Source: a virus. Taken from it: DNA of 64,000 bases. The position numbers were made by a program, and so were the translations under genes. The stretch is from positions 28,112 through 92,111 of IMG/VR virus record IMGVR_UViG_3300031111_000008. One strand, 5' to 3'. Shown here in pieces: positions 9,610-19,365 of this stretch. How positions within the stretch are numbered: the stretch's first letter is position 1; each line of letters opens with the position of its first letter. A model generated the notes under the pieces. The model searched no databases. It worked only from the letters and a program-made list of their open reading frames with translations, and was not told where the DNA came from.

Positions 9610-10524
9610 TTGAGTGTTCCAATGAGATCCCGAGTAGTTTATCTGATGAGCGGTAGTCCGCACTTGCCCTATCTTGTCTGTTCCCTTTGGACGCTGAGAA
9701 AACATTGGGAGGGTAAGCTGACTATCTGTGCTTGGCCCGAGGCTTATGATCTGACGTTACGAATTGCCCAAGACGAAAGACTAGCGGTCTCGGACGTGCG
9801 GGAGAGGGATCCGCAGTTTACAGAACGGAACGGTAGTTGTGTAAATCATTCTCTTGATAAGATCAGGATGATTCAAGAGATGAAGGACAAAACGGATGTT
9901 GTGATGTACATCGATGCTGATACTACAATCCATTACACCATTCAACCCCTGCTGGACATTGGTTTTCAGTATGGTTTTGTGGCTACTCAGTTCAATGATT
10001 GGTTATCCACGGGAAACAAAGCCAGAGGACGCCTGAAGAAGTTTCTAGGCATAGAGGGCATAGATCAGTCAATCGTGCAGTTGATGATGAGGGAACCTTG
10101 GCCTAGCGTCAACAGTGGTGTGTTTGTTGCCCGTCCAGGCTCTCCCGTGCTGGAAACCTACTACAACTATACATACGCAGCCAGGAAGGTTTTCATTGCT
10201 GACGAGACGGCTTTGAATCTCATGCAACCGTTGTACCGTCCTCTGCGGCAATTGGTTACAGTAGGGGATAATGGCAAATGGAACTGCTCTCCGAAGTTCC
10301 AATCCAAAAAGCTTGCCGATGAAGACATTGCAGTACTCCACTTCCACGGCGATTCCTGCGTTCGTCCAGAAAAGAAGAGTCAGAGAGGTTTTGATTTGTG
10401 GTGGCCGATCTATCAAGAGTGCCTCCGAGAAAATGTGGGAGGGATGGCAGAATGGAAAGACTCGATCAGAACCAAATATCTAGGTCCGCTTGAAAAGCAG
10501 TTGGCGGAAGAAGCTTCTGAGTAG
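9610..10524 (+). CDS. GT8-like glycosyltransferase
   Basis: MYIDAD, VNSGVFV, ADETALN, WN, VLHFHG. Confidence 0.75.
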   Translation: MSVPMRSRVVYLMSGSPHLPYLVCSLWTLRKHWEGKLTICAWPEAYDLTLRIAQDERLAVSDVRERDPQFTERNGSCVNHSLDKIRMIQEMKDKTDVVMYIDADTTIHYTIQPLLDIGFQYGFVATQFNDWLSTGNKARGRLKKFLGIEGIDQSIVQLMMREPWPSVNSGVFVARPGSPVLETYYNYTYAARKVFIADETALNLMQPLYRPLRQLVTVGDNGKWNCSPKFQSKKLADEDIAVLHFHGDSCVRPEKKSQRGFDLWWPIYQECLRENVGGMAEWKDSIRTKYLGPLEKQLAEEASE

Positions 10525-10531
10525 AATTTAT

Positions 10532-10869
10532 ATGCCCAAGCCGACGATTGATCAGAGTGAGCACGATTTCCAGTTCACCAAACGCTGGTTTCGTACGTCG
10601 CAAGAGAAAATCGTTTTGGTGTGGGTAGAGGTTCTGTTGATCTGATCATGGTGGATGGACATCACAAAAGCTTTGCTGTCGCTGAGGATGCTAGGATTAG
10701 TTTACGGCTGCTGCGGCAGGGAGGATGGTTGCTGTTTGACGATGTTGAAAACATGCGAAAAAAGAAGGATCATGTAAAGCAAGGAATAGAATTGTTTTTG
10801 TCCAAACATAGTTGCAGGGTAAAACTACTCTGGAAACATCATTTTATGGAGGCATATCAAAAGCTATGA
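10532..10869 (+). pseudogene. methyltransferase with internal deletion and frameshift
   Basis: ATG 10532 gives MPKP..FQFTKRWF; C-terminal DLIMVDGHH..LLRQGGWLLFDD is in a different frame; SAM-binding middle absent. Confidence 0.65.
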
Positions 10870-11648
10870 AAGGAAATCCTGCCGACGTTCCCAAGGAAGC
10901 TGCTTTAGCTCCAGCAGAGATTCCGCCTGATGTGACTACTGCCAGGTTCATGCTCCATATCACGTATGATTGCAATCTCTCATGCAAAATGTGTGACAGG
11001 TTTACAGATGTGTCGAGATGGGAACATGCAAGCATGACTATAGAGGACATCATCCGTGGTTCGGAGATGTGTCTCAAGAGTTATGTCAACGCTGTTTGGG
11101 TCAAGGTGGCTGGTGGAGAACCTATGGTTCATCCTCAGTTCTACGAGTTGTGTGAAGCTATTAAAAAGAATTGGATGCACACTCGCATAACTAGATTCAC
11201 AATAGCTTCAAATGGAACAATTCCTCTCAAGGAAAATCACAATCTCCGAGTACGGGTGTCTACTCCTGATGAAAAATATCATCAGCCTTGCATGATTTCT
11301 CCAAAGGATCTTGGAGAGAATCCTATTATGGGCTACACAAGGATTTGTAAATCCATCATGCGTTGTGGCAGAATGTTCGACACCTTTGGCTTCACGTCAT
11401 GCGCCTACGCTGGCGTAATCGGGAGGATGATAAACTACGATCCTTACCGAGAACGTCCCGTGTTGTTTGGAGATATTCGGATTTGCGAACATTGTCCAAT
11501 GTCACTTTCTCACAGGCGCAGAACTCAATTGCGGAAGCAGGTGGCGGAAGGGAAAATCGAATACCCCACAAAGACGTACAGGGAAGGAATCGAGAGACTT
11601 CGAGATGAACCTGTCACCTTTCCCAAATTTCAAGAGCGTTTGCAGTGA
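10866..11648 (+). CDS. radical SAM protein
   Basis: CNLSCKMC (CxxxCxxC), GGEP, SNG. Confidence 0.85.
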   Translation: MKGNPADVPKEAALAPAEIPPDVTTARFMLHITYDCNLSCKMCDRFTDVSRWEHASMTIEDIIRGSEMCLKSYVNAVWVKVAGGEPMVHPQFYELCEAIKKNWMHTRITRFTIASNGTIPLKENHNLRVRVSTPDEKYHQPCMISPKDLGENPIMGYTRICKSIMRCGRMFDTFGFTSCAYAGVIGRMINYDPYRERPVLFGDIRICEHCPMSLSHRRRTQLRKQVAEGKIEYPTKTYREGIERLRDEPVTFPKFQERLQ

Positions 11649-12433
11649 AGACGATTGAGATAGTTTCCCATTGCCAAGCAGTTCAAAATCCTTGGTATGC
11701 CTCTCTGCTGAATTACCAACTGAGCAGTTTGTTTTTGTATCCGTCTAAGAACTGTAAGATTCTTGTCACAATTTGTTGCAACCGAGAGGACGTCAGAACA
11801 AATCGAGTCTTGAATTTTTACAAGCCAAAATTGGATTTGAACATCATTTATCAACCTTTTCCTGAATTGGGTAGAAGATCCATCGGCAGAGATTTGGTAG
11901 CACGTAGGACGGAAGCGGATATCGTTTGGTTTACCGATGTGGATTTCCTGTTTCGTGACAGTTGTTTGCAAACGCTAGTTGAACACCCCTGGAGTGGTTG
12001 TGTGGAAGGACTTCCACACAAAGACTCTCCTGCAATAGTCTATCCTTCAGTGATTCAAGCGCAGCGATTGGAACAAGGACTAAAGCTATCTCCAGACAAA
12101 CTTTTGATAGGGTTAGTAGACATCGACGAGAAAGAGTTTGAACCTTTGGAATTTGATCGTCCGACAGGGGCTTTGCAGATCATTAAGGGGCCATTAGTTA
12201 GAGAGTGGGGATACTGCCGCGACAACCACCACGAACTCCCAGAAGATGGTAGCTTTGATAGATGCCTTGGGGATCCTACTTTCCGAAGAATGTACAGGAA
12301 CAAAGGGCATTGGAAACCCATAGATTTGCAAGGAGTGTACCGATTACGACATCCTCTGCGCGAAGGGCATAGACTCAAGAAGATAGAAGAGAAAAGGCTG
12401 AGACGCCAGAAATTACGGGAGAATAATGGCTAG
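11645..12433 (+). CDS. GT2-like glycosyltransferase, paralog 1
   Basis: GRRSIGR..ADIVWFTDVD. Confidence 0.7.
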   Translation: MKTIEIVSHCQAVQNPWYASLLNYQLSSLFLYPSKNCKILVTICCNREDVRTNRVLNFYKPKLDLNIIYQPFPELGRRSIGRDLVARRTEADIVWFTDVDFLFRDSCLQTLVEHPWSGCVEGLPHKDSPAIVYPSVIQAQRLEQGLKLSPDKLLIGLVDIDEKEFEPLEFDRPTGALQIIKGPLVREWGYCRDNHHELPEDGSFDRCLGDPTFRRMYRNKGHWKPIDLQGVYRLRHPLREGHRLKKIEEKRLRRQKLRENNG

Positions 12434-13115
12434 GTTTCTTGGTGACACAAATGACTTTTTTCTGCACATACCTCGGACAGGAGGTTCTTGGATCCAAAAA
12501 GCTTTGGACGCGAGTAAGATCAGAACCTTTCTGTGGAATTCTAGAAGACCTTCCCAGATAGCCATGAAGCATTTTCTGCTGGGACATATTGAGTACGACA
12601 GTCTCGCAAAGTTGAATCGAGTATTTACTTTCGTACGGCACCCAATTTCATACTATGAGTCTGTCTGGGGTTGGATGATGGAATCGAAAGGCAGTAGAAA
12701 CAATTGGAGAATACTCAAGCGGTACGATTGGCATCCACATTTGGCAGCAATAAATAGTTTCCATCCTGATTTCAATGCTTGGTTACAGTCGTTGTTAGAC
12801 AAGGAGCCTTGCTGGTACACTCGCTTAGTGGAGCAGTACGTTGGTCCTCAAGGAGGAGAGTTTTGTGATTATATAGGACGTACTGAAACACTGACGTCTG
12901 ATTTCTTTAGAATATTGGAATGGTTGGGTTACAGTGAGCAGGTTGTGAAACACAGGGACGAGGTTGAGAAGCTGGGACGAATCAATCCATCTATACGGAA
13001 ACCGGAATGGGAAACTTCTTTGGTGGAGCGGGTAGTACACGAAGAACGGCGAGTGGTTAAAAGATTTTATGGTGCTGATGAGCACCGTAGATTTTATGGT
13101 TCTCGTACTCTGTGA
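12426..13115 (+). CDS. sulfotransferase-family protein
   Basis: FLHIPRTGGS and FVRHPISYYES (PAPS-binding-type motifs), IGRTETL. Confidence 0.75.
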   Translation: MARFLGDTNDFFLHIPRTGGSWIQKALDASKIRTFLWNSRRPSQIAMKHFLLGHIEYDSLAKLNRVFTFVRHPISYYESVWGWMMESKGSRNNWRILKRYDWHPHLAAINSFHPDFNAWLQSLLDKEPCWYTRLVEQYVGPQGGEFCDYIGRTETLTSDFFRILEWLGYSEQVVKHRDEVEKLGRINPSIRKPEWETSLVERVVHEERRVVKRFYGADEHRRFYGSRTL

Positions 13116-13867
13116 AAGGTTTTGTGGTGGATGTTGAAATTGTTTCTCACTGCTATTCGGAAAGTGATCCTTGCTACGCCGTCTTTTTGGATTTTCAACT
13201 TAGTTCGATTCTGCTCAACCCTTCCAGTTGCAAAGTGCAGATGACCGTTTGCTGTACTCCTTCTGACGAGCGTACTCAAAAGGTTTTGGAGTTCTTCAAA
13301 AACAAACTGAATCTGAAGATTATCGAGTTGTCAGTAGAGAAACTGGGCAGAAGAAGCGTTGGTAGAAATATGGCTGCTAAGCAGACAGAAGCGAATTTTG
13401 TTTGGTTTGCAGATACCGATTATCTCTTTGGAGACAACTGCCTAGATACGCTGGTAGAGTATGAATGGGAAAAGAAGAGAGTGTTGGTTTATCCAAGGAA
13501 GGTTCGTTTTCATAAGAGACACGAATTGGGTGATTCTTTAGTAAAACAACATGACGGAACGGTTGGAATTTTTGGTGTCAACGAAGATGAATTCGTAACC
13601 AAAACCAACAAGATGGCTTGGGGAGGAATACAGATAGCCCGTGGAGATCACGTTCGTAAGCACGGTTACTTGGATGGATTTCAGAAGTTTATGAAGGGGG
13701 CCGAAAAACCGTTTGCTGATTTTCGGGATGACGTGCGTTTCCGAAAGTGTTGTGAGAAGAAAGGCATTACTTTACCTCTTAGAATCCCAAATCTTTATCG
13801 GCTTAGACATTCCTACATTTCGTGCCGCAGACGGCCTGGGCATGTTCCACTAAACATCCGAGATTAG
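13112..13867 (+). CDS. GT2-like glycosyltransferase, paralog 2
   Basis: GRRSVGRN..ANFVWFADTD. Confidence 0.7.
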   Translation: MKGFVVDVEIVSHCYSESDPCYAVFLDFQLSSILLNPSSCKVQMTVCCTPSDERTQKVLEFFKNKLNLKIIELSVEKLGRRSVGRNMAAKQTEANFVWFADTDYLFGDNCLDTLVEYEWEKKRVLVYPRKVRFHKRHELGDSLVKQHDGTVGIFGVNEDEFVTKTNKMAWGGIQIARGDHVRKHGYLDGFQKFMKGAEKPFADFRDDVRFRKCCEKKGITLPLRIPNLYRLRHSYISCRRRPGHVPLNIRD

Positions 13868-13886
13868 TTTTGCTGAGGAGATTCAC

Positions 13887-14600
13887 ATAAAGATCATCGA
13901 GATAGTTACGCATTGCCAATCCATAAGACGGGACTTTTACGCCGCTCTTTTGAACTACCAACTCAGCAGCTTGGTTATTTATCCCCCAACGAAATGTCAT
14001 GCTAGAGTTACTGTTTTCTCCAGCCGTGAAGATGAACGCACCCAGAAGGTTCTTGAGCATTTTTTGGGTCTAGACAAACTAGATTTGAATTGTGTGTATC
14101 AGCCTTTGGAGGAATTGGGAAGAAGATCTATCGGGAGAGACTTGGCGGCAAAGAAAACAAAAGCGGACATTGTCTGGTTTACCGATGCGGATTTTTTATT
14201 TCGAGATGGGTGCCTGGATTCTTTGGCAACCAAGCAATGGAGGGATGGTACTGCTGCTGTAATCCCCAAGAAATTTAGGGTGAGCAGAAGCGAGCAGTTT
14301 GGGATGAAAGCCATTAAGAGGGTGGATCGTCCCAGGGTTCTGGACATAAAAGAGGATGAATTCGGAAATTCTATCTGTACTCGCATGTTGGGAGCTTTGC
14401 AAATAGTCAGAGGACCAGAAGTAAAATCTTGGGGTTATTGTCGGGGTCATAGATACCACCAATTACCTACAGATGGAACATTTGAAAGATGTCGTAGCGA
14501 TACCGAGTTTCGACGGTTCTGGGGGACGAGGGGCGATGTGCAGAGAATCGCTATACCCAATCTGTATAGGATATTACATCCCCATCCTCCCCGAAGGTGA
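13887..14600 (+). CDS. GT2-like glycosyltransferase, paralog 3 (apparent ATA start)
   Basis: GAGGAG 13875-80 then ATA-AAG-ATC-ATC-GAG-ATA-GTT-ACG-CAT-TGC in frame with ORF 13950; ADIVWFTDAD. Confidence 0.65.
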   Translation: MKIIEIVTHCQSIRRDFYAALLNYQLSSLVIYPPTKCHARVTVFSSREDERTQKVLEHFLGLDKLDLNCVYQPLEELGRRSIGRDLAAKKTKADIVWFTDADFLFRDGCLDSLATKQWRDGTAAVIPKKFRVSRSEQFGMKAIKRVDRPRVLDIKEDEFGNSICTRMLGALQIVRGPEVKSWGYCRGHRYHQLPTDGTFERCRSDTEFRRFWGTRGDVQRIAIPNLYRILHPHPPRR

Positions 14601-14660
14601 GAGAGAAAACTAATTAACCAACCAGAAGAAGTTCTCGTGACAGAATAATAGTATTGAAAA

Positions 14661-15188
14661 ATGATTGAATTTACAAACTTTCAGTTAGCCAGTCCTCCAC
14701 TGGTTGGAGGAGGTTGGTTGCTTGAAGTTCTTTTGCGGCAGAAGGTGTGTCCAACGGAAAGAGTTTCTTGTACGCGGGAACTGCTTCAGCCTTTCCCAAA
14801 CGGAAAAACCAATGATCGTTTAAGAATTTCTTTTGTCAGACATCCTTGCGACTGGTTGTGTGATGTGTTCAGTCGGGAAGTTTTGTTGGATAATGACATA
14901 GACCTTCTACCCCGAACTAGCCTGGATGATTTTGTCAAAGCTTATCTGGATCGGTTTCCTGGTTTGATTTCTAAAATCTTCCTTTCGTACAAAGCAGGTT
15001 CTTTTCTGCGTGCCGAAGACCTGCCAGGGTGTGCTTACGAACTGCTGGAAATGCTTGGGATACCAAGACCGGAAACAGTGCCTCAGCTAACCCATTTGAG
15101 ACTTGCTCCCAAATTGAGTAGTAAGAACCTACGTCGAGAACTCAGAAAAGCCGAAGAGGAGATATTTGATGCCTTCGACTACTACTAA
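14661..15188 (+). CDS. degenerate sulfotransferase-like protein
   Basis: FVRHPCDWL and RAEDL resemble ORF 12426; N-terminal motif eroded. Confidence 0.5.
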   Translation: MIEFTNFQLASPPLVGGGWLLEVLLRQKVCPTERVSCTRELLQPFPNGKTNDRLRISFVRHPCDWLCDVFSREVLLDNDIDLLPRTSLDDFVKAYLDRFPGLISKIFLSYKAGSFLRAEDLPGCAYELLEMLGIPRPETVPQLTHLRLAPKLSSKNLRRELRKAEEEIFDAFDYY

Positions 15189-15915
15189 GGGGAAAGTTGC
15201 AATCGTCATTCCTGCCCGCATGGAAAGCAGTAGGTTGCCTAACAAACCATTGCTGCCCATCCAAGGCAGACCAATGCTCTGGCATACGTATGATAGAGCT
15301 AGGCAATCCAAAGCGGATCATATTATAGTCACTACTCCAAACAAAGAGATTGCTGAGTATTGCCAAACAATGAATATGATATGGATGGGATCCTCTACAG
15401 AAAACCAGAACGGGACTCAGAGGGTTGCTGAGATTGCCGAGAAGCTGAGGACCGAAGCGGGAATTGAAACTATCATCAATTTGCAGTGCGATGAGTATTG
15501 CATTAAACCAGAAGATTTGGATTGTTTTATCGACTTCTCCATCGACTCCTTTTACGACAAGCTTTGCTTTGATGTCTGCACGATAGCTGCTCGGAGATGT
15601 TCCTGGGGGAGTCTTGACGATTTCAGCATAACCAAGGTAGTTGTTTCGGTGAGTAATCGAGCCCACTGGTTCAGCCGAGCCCCTATGGGAGGATCTCTTT
15701 TTCATTGTGGTATCTATTCTTACCCTCTACGTGAACTGATCTCGCTAGGGCAGCTTCCTCCTTCGAGTCTCAGCAAATGCGAAAGCTTGGAGCAGCTGAC
15801 TTTTCTCGAAGACGGTCGTTTGGTAGGTGCTCTTGTTGTGGATGAGCTTCCCAGATCTCTCAACACAAAAGAAGAGTATGATGAAATCAGACGACAAGAA
15901 TTGGAAGTCAATTGA
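15169..15915 (+). CDS. kdsB: CMP-KDO synthetase-like cytidylyltransferase
   Basis: IVIPARMESSRLPNKPL, GTQRVAE, INLQCDE, FSRAP, GIYSY, ESLEQL. Confidence 0.85.
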   Translation: MPSTTTKGKVAIVIPARMESSRLPNKPLLPIQGRPMLWHTYDRARQSKADHIIVTTPNKEIAEYCQTMNMIWMGSSTENQNGTQRVAEIAEKLRTEAGIETIINLQCDEYCIKPEDLDCFIDFSIDSFYDKLCFDVCTIAARRCSWGSLDDFSITKVVVSVSNRAHWFSRAPMGGSLFHCGIYSYPLRELISLGQLPPSSLSKCESLEQLTFLEDGRLVGALVVDELPRSLNTKEEYDEIRRQELEVN

Positions 15916-16681
15916 AATTGTTGTTCATTGTTATGCGAAAGAACGTCCTTGGTATGCTGCTCTGTTTTGTTACCAGTTTTCTTCTTTAGTTCTATTTCCT
16001 CCCTCCTGCAATGTGCGGCTAACTCTCTTCTGCGATCCAAAAGATGAGGTGCTTGGAAAGTTTCTGGATTTCTTTTGCAAGCACTATTTATTTGGAGTCG
16101 ACTTGAATGTTATCCATAAGGATGTTTCCAAGCTCGGACGGCGGGCGATAGGAAGAAATGAAGCGTCGAAGAGTACCAATGCCGATATTGTCTGGTACAC
16201 GGATCCCGACTATGTTTTCGAGCAAGGATGTTTGGATGCTTTGTCAAACACTACTTGGCCCGACAACGCAGTGCTGCTATTTCCCCATTCAGTCTTCGAG
16301 CAGTACCCAAAGCGAATAGACGTTCCCGAATTGAGAGATCTTGTAGAGAGACCTCGGCTGGCGCGTCTAGCTCCTCACGAGAAGTGTATCAGCTTTTATA
16401 GTCATGCGTTCTTCAGGGCGATGGGATCGATTCAAATCGTTCAAGGCGACTTTGCCAGAAAGTATGGATATTGTCCCCATCATGATAAATTCCAATCTCC
16501 AACAGACAGTCCTTTTGATGGTTACTCTTCACAGTCGGATCTGTCTTTTCGACTCGGCTGCAAACGGATTGCTAGAAACGCTGACTTCCAGCAGCCGGTA
16601 GACATTCCTAACATTTACCGCATGTCTCATCCGTCGCGACGGCATTCGGCGGAGAAGGCAAAACTAAAATGTGGGTGGTAG
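15881..16681 (+). CDS. GT2-like glycosyltransferase, paralog 4
   Basis: IEIVVHC, GRRAIGRN, ADIVWYTDPD. Confidence 0.7.
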   Translation: MKSDDKNWKSIEIVVHCYAKERPWYAALFCYQFSSLVLFPPSCNVRLTLFCDPKDEVLGKFLDFFCKHYLFGVDLNVIHKDVSKLGRRAIGRNEASKSTNADIVWYTDPDYVFEQGCLDALSNTTWPDNAVLLFPHSVFEQYPKRIDVPELRDLVERPRLARLAPHEKCISFYSHAFFRAMGSIQIVQGDFARKYGYCPHHDKFQSPTDSPFDGYSSQSDLSFRLGCKRIARNADFQQPVDIPNIYRMSHPSRRHSAEKAKLKCGW

Positions 16682-16682
16682 C

Positions 16683-16958
16683 ATGTTCACTTGGTTGAGA
16701 AACAAACTAAGGAATTGGCTTCTCGAAGCGGGGGAGGAAAAACCTCCGAAGTTGACTCTCGATTGTCTAGAGAACAACAAGCCTGCAACGTATCTCATCA
16801 CAGGAACAGTAGGACTCTATTTGATTGCGCAGGGCAGAGGATTAGTGGGAGAGGGAATTGCTGTGGATCGGGAACACTACCACCAGATCTGGCGGCACTT
16901 CAACAGACACGTCAAATTGGAGTGGGTAGGAGACATCCCTCCAAACGAGAAGTCTTGA
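16683..16958 (+). CDS. hypothetical protein
   Basis: ORF directly after previous stop. Confidence 0.4.
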   Translation: MFTWLRNKLRNWLLEAGEEKPPKLTLDCLENNKPATYLITGTVGLYLIAQGRGLVGEGIAVDREHYHQIWRHFNRHVKLEWVGDIPPNEKS

Positions 16959-17026
16959 CTACACCTTTCTGGTGTGGTATACTAGTTGTTGCTTTTGGAC
17001 AAGCTGGCCGTCTCTATCCGTGTGGA

Positions 17027-18394
17027 ATGATGACTCTCAAACCATTCAAATACCAACGGGAAACCCTGGATGAGATCGACGAGTTCGGAGGGAGATCCCT
17101 CGTCGGGCATCAAATGGGGCTTGGTAAGACTCTTATCACTCTCTGGTGGATGAAGCGGCATCGGAAGGAAGCCTTCCCTGCTCTTGTCGTCTGCCCAGCA
17201 AGTTTGAAACTGATGTGGGCTCATGAGGCTCGGAGTATTTTGGGAATTGAACCGTTGGTGCTGCAAGGAAGAAAAGCCCATGAGGATAAGATTGGCTGGA
17301 GTGAAAAGTTTGTCGTCATCAATTATGAGGTTTTGCAAAATTGGAAAGAGGTTTTAGACGATTACCAGTTTCAAACATTGGTACTCGAAGAATGCCAGTA
17401 TTGCAAATCGCACACAACAAAGAGGACAAAAGCTGCAAAGTATTTAGCTAGGCATATTCCATACGTACTAGCACTCAGCGGGACACCAATGTTGAATCGT
17501 CCCATTGAATTGCATCCTGTATTGGACATGATTTCTCCAAAAACTTTTGGCACCAGGTTCAATTTTGGAAAGAAGTTTTGTGCAGGAAGACTTGGTCCTT
17601 GGGGTTGGGAATTCAAAGGAGCGACACACACCGATGAGCTTCATGCCCTCCTCAAGAAAACTTGCATGACGCGAAGGCTGAAGTCAGAAGTTCTCAAGGA
17701 TCTTCCCCCAAAGAATCGATTTGTTGTTCCCGTCCCGATGCGCAATCCGGAGGAGTACGAGGAGGCTCAGGATAACTTTCTGGAGTGGTTGGAAAAAAAG
17801 GATTCTACGAAGGCTGCTCTCGCCAAAGAGGCTGAGGCAGTTGTACAACTTGGCTACTTGAAAAGGCTGGCAGCGCGACTCAAAGCCAAGTATGTGGTTC
17901 GTTGGATCAACAAATGGCTAAAGGACAGTAATGGGGACAAGCTGGTTTTGTTTGCAGAACACCGAGGAATGCTTGGTGTATTGGAAAAGCGTTGTAAGGC
18001 AAAATCGGTTGTTCTCGAAGGTCGAACTTCAATGAAGCGGCGGAACGAACGGGTTGAGCAATTCCAGAATGACCCCGAAACGAGATTATTCATTGCAAAT
18101 AGACAGGTGGGAGGGACGGGATTCACTCTCACAGCTGCTTCCACTGTCGTTTTCACCGAGTTCGACTGGGTTCCTGCTAATCTCATTCAGGCTGAAGATC
18201 GGATCCATCGAATAGGACAAACCAGAAAAGCTTTGATTTACTACTTCGTCGCGATGGGGACAATTGAAGAATCTTTGTGTGGCATCATCCAGTCTAAACA
18301 GAGGACTTTCGACGCCGTTCTCGACGGCGGGAAAATGGATGACAGCATGGACATTTATAACCAACTTTTGGAGGAGTACAAAAATGGATCTTGA
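17027..18394 (+). CDS. SNF2/HARP-like helicase
   Basis: MGLGKT, VVCPAS, LEECQ, LSGTP, GFTLTAA, QAEDRIHRIGQ. Confidence 0.92.
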   Translation: MMTLKPFKYQRETLDEIDEFGGRSLVGHQMGLGKTLITLWWMKRHRKEAFPALVVCPASLKLMWAHEARSILGIEPLVLQGRKAHEDKIGWSEKFVVINYEVLQNWKEVLDDYQFQTLVLEECQYCKSHTTKRTKAAKYLARHIPYVLALSGTPMLNRPIELHPVLDMISPKTFGTRFNFGKKFCAGRLGPWGWEFKGATHTDELHALLKKTCMTRRLKSEVLKDLPPKNRFVVPVPMRNPEEYEEAQDNFLEWLEKKDSTKAALAKEAEAVVQLGYLKRLAARLKAKYVVRWINKWLKDSNGDKLVLFAEHRGMLGVLEKRCKAKSVVLEGRTSMKRRNERVEQFQNDPETRLFIANRQVGGTGFTLTAASTVVFTEFDWVPANLIQAEDRIHRIGQTRKALIYYFVAMGTIEESLCGIIQSKQRTFDAVLDGGKMDDSMDIYNQLLEEYKNGS

Positions 18395-18480
18395 ATATTT
18401 GAAGTTGGTTGCCGCCCTCCTCGTTTCTGTTGTTTTCATTTTCACAATTTTCTATCTGACGACGAGAAAGGATTTTTAGC

Positions 18481-19356
18481 GTGCTTTCCATCACTGATGT
18501 TTTGCGAGAACACGGTGTCGACTTTCGTGAATTTTCTGACCACAAAAATGTCCGCGAAGGTTGGATTGGAGTCTGCTGTCCATACTGCGGAGATTTGGAA
18601 GGCAAGTTCCATCTCGGCATCGAAGTTGATGCTTCCAGAGCCACTTGCTGGGTTTGTGGTTGGCATCCTTTAGCTGATGTTCTGAAAGAACTCACAGGAG
18701 AGCCCTACAGTGCGTGTCAGACGCTTTCCGAGACTCTGCACGAACCAACAGCCGCCAAGGACAGATTGCCCAGAGGAGGCAAGCTGAGGCTTCCTGCGGG
18801 CATTGGCAAATTTGAGGAAGCCCATCGCCGGTATCTTGAGGGACGGCAGTTTGATCTGGATGAGTTATCTGAAAAGTGGGGAGTGGCTGGGATAGGAATC
18901 GCTGCCCGCCTAGCTTGGAGAATATTTGTTCCAATAACCCACGAAGGGGAAACGGTTTCGTGGACGACTCGAAGTCTGTCGAAACGTGGTAGGTACATCA
19001 ACGCAAGTGCTGAAGAGGAGATAGTGAATCCAAAATCCTTCCTTTTTGGCGAAGAACATTGCATCCACACGATCATCATCGTCGAAGGTCCATTTGATCT
19101 TTTCAAAGTAGGTTATGGTGCAGTTGCTACGATGGGAGTCGGGTATTCTCCCGAGCAATTTGCAAGAATGACGAAGTACCCAAATCGAATAGTCTGTTTT
19201 GACAACGAGCCGATCGCGCAAAGGAGAGCGTTGACACTTTGCAACGATCTCGAAGAGTATCCTGGAGAAACTACAAATGTGGTTTTGAAAGCTAAAGATC
19301 CGGGAAGTGCCTTTCCTTTTGAAATCTCACAGTTAAGGAAGAAATTTCTGGTTTAG
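18481..19356 (+). CDS. DNA primase (Zn finger + TOPRIM)
   Basis: CPYC..CWVC, IIVEGPFD, CFDNE, KDPG. Confidence 0.85.
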   Translation: MLSITDVLREHGVDFREFSDHKNVREGWIGVCCPYCGDLEGKFHLGIEVDASRATCWVCGWHPLADVLKELTGEPYSACQTLSETLHEPTAAKDRLPRGGKLRLPAGIGKFEEAHRRYLEGRQFDLDELSEKWGVAGIGIAARLAWRIFVPITHEGETVSWTTRSLSKRGRYINASAEEEIVNPKSFLFGEEHCIHTIIIVEGPFDLFKVGYGAVATMGVGYSPEQFARMTKYPNRIVCFDNEPIAQRRALTLCNDLEEYPGETTNVVLKAKDPGSAFPFEISQLRKKFLV

Positions 19357-19365
19357 GAGAACCCA

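Noticed and set aside
16691-17026. N-terminal 112 aa of the 567-aa helicase ORF
   Set aside because: Overlaps ORF 16683..16958; helicase similarity starts at ATG 17027.
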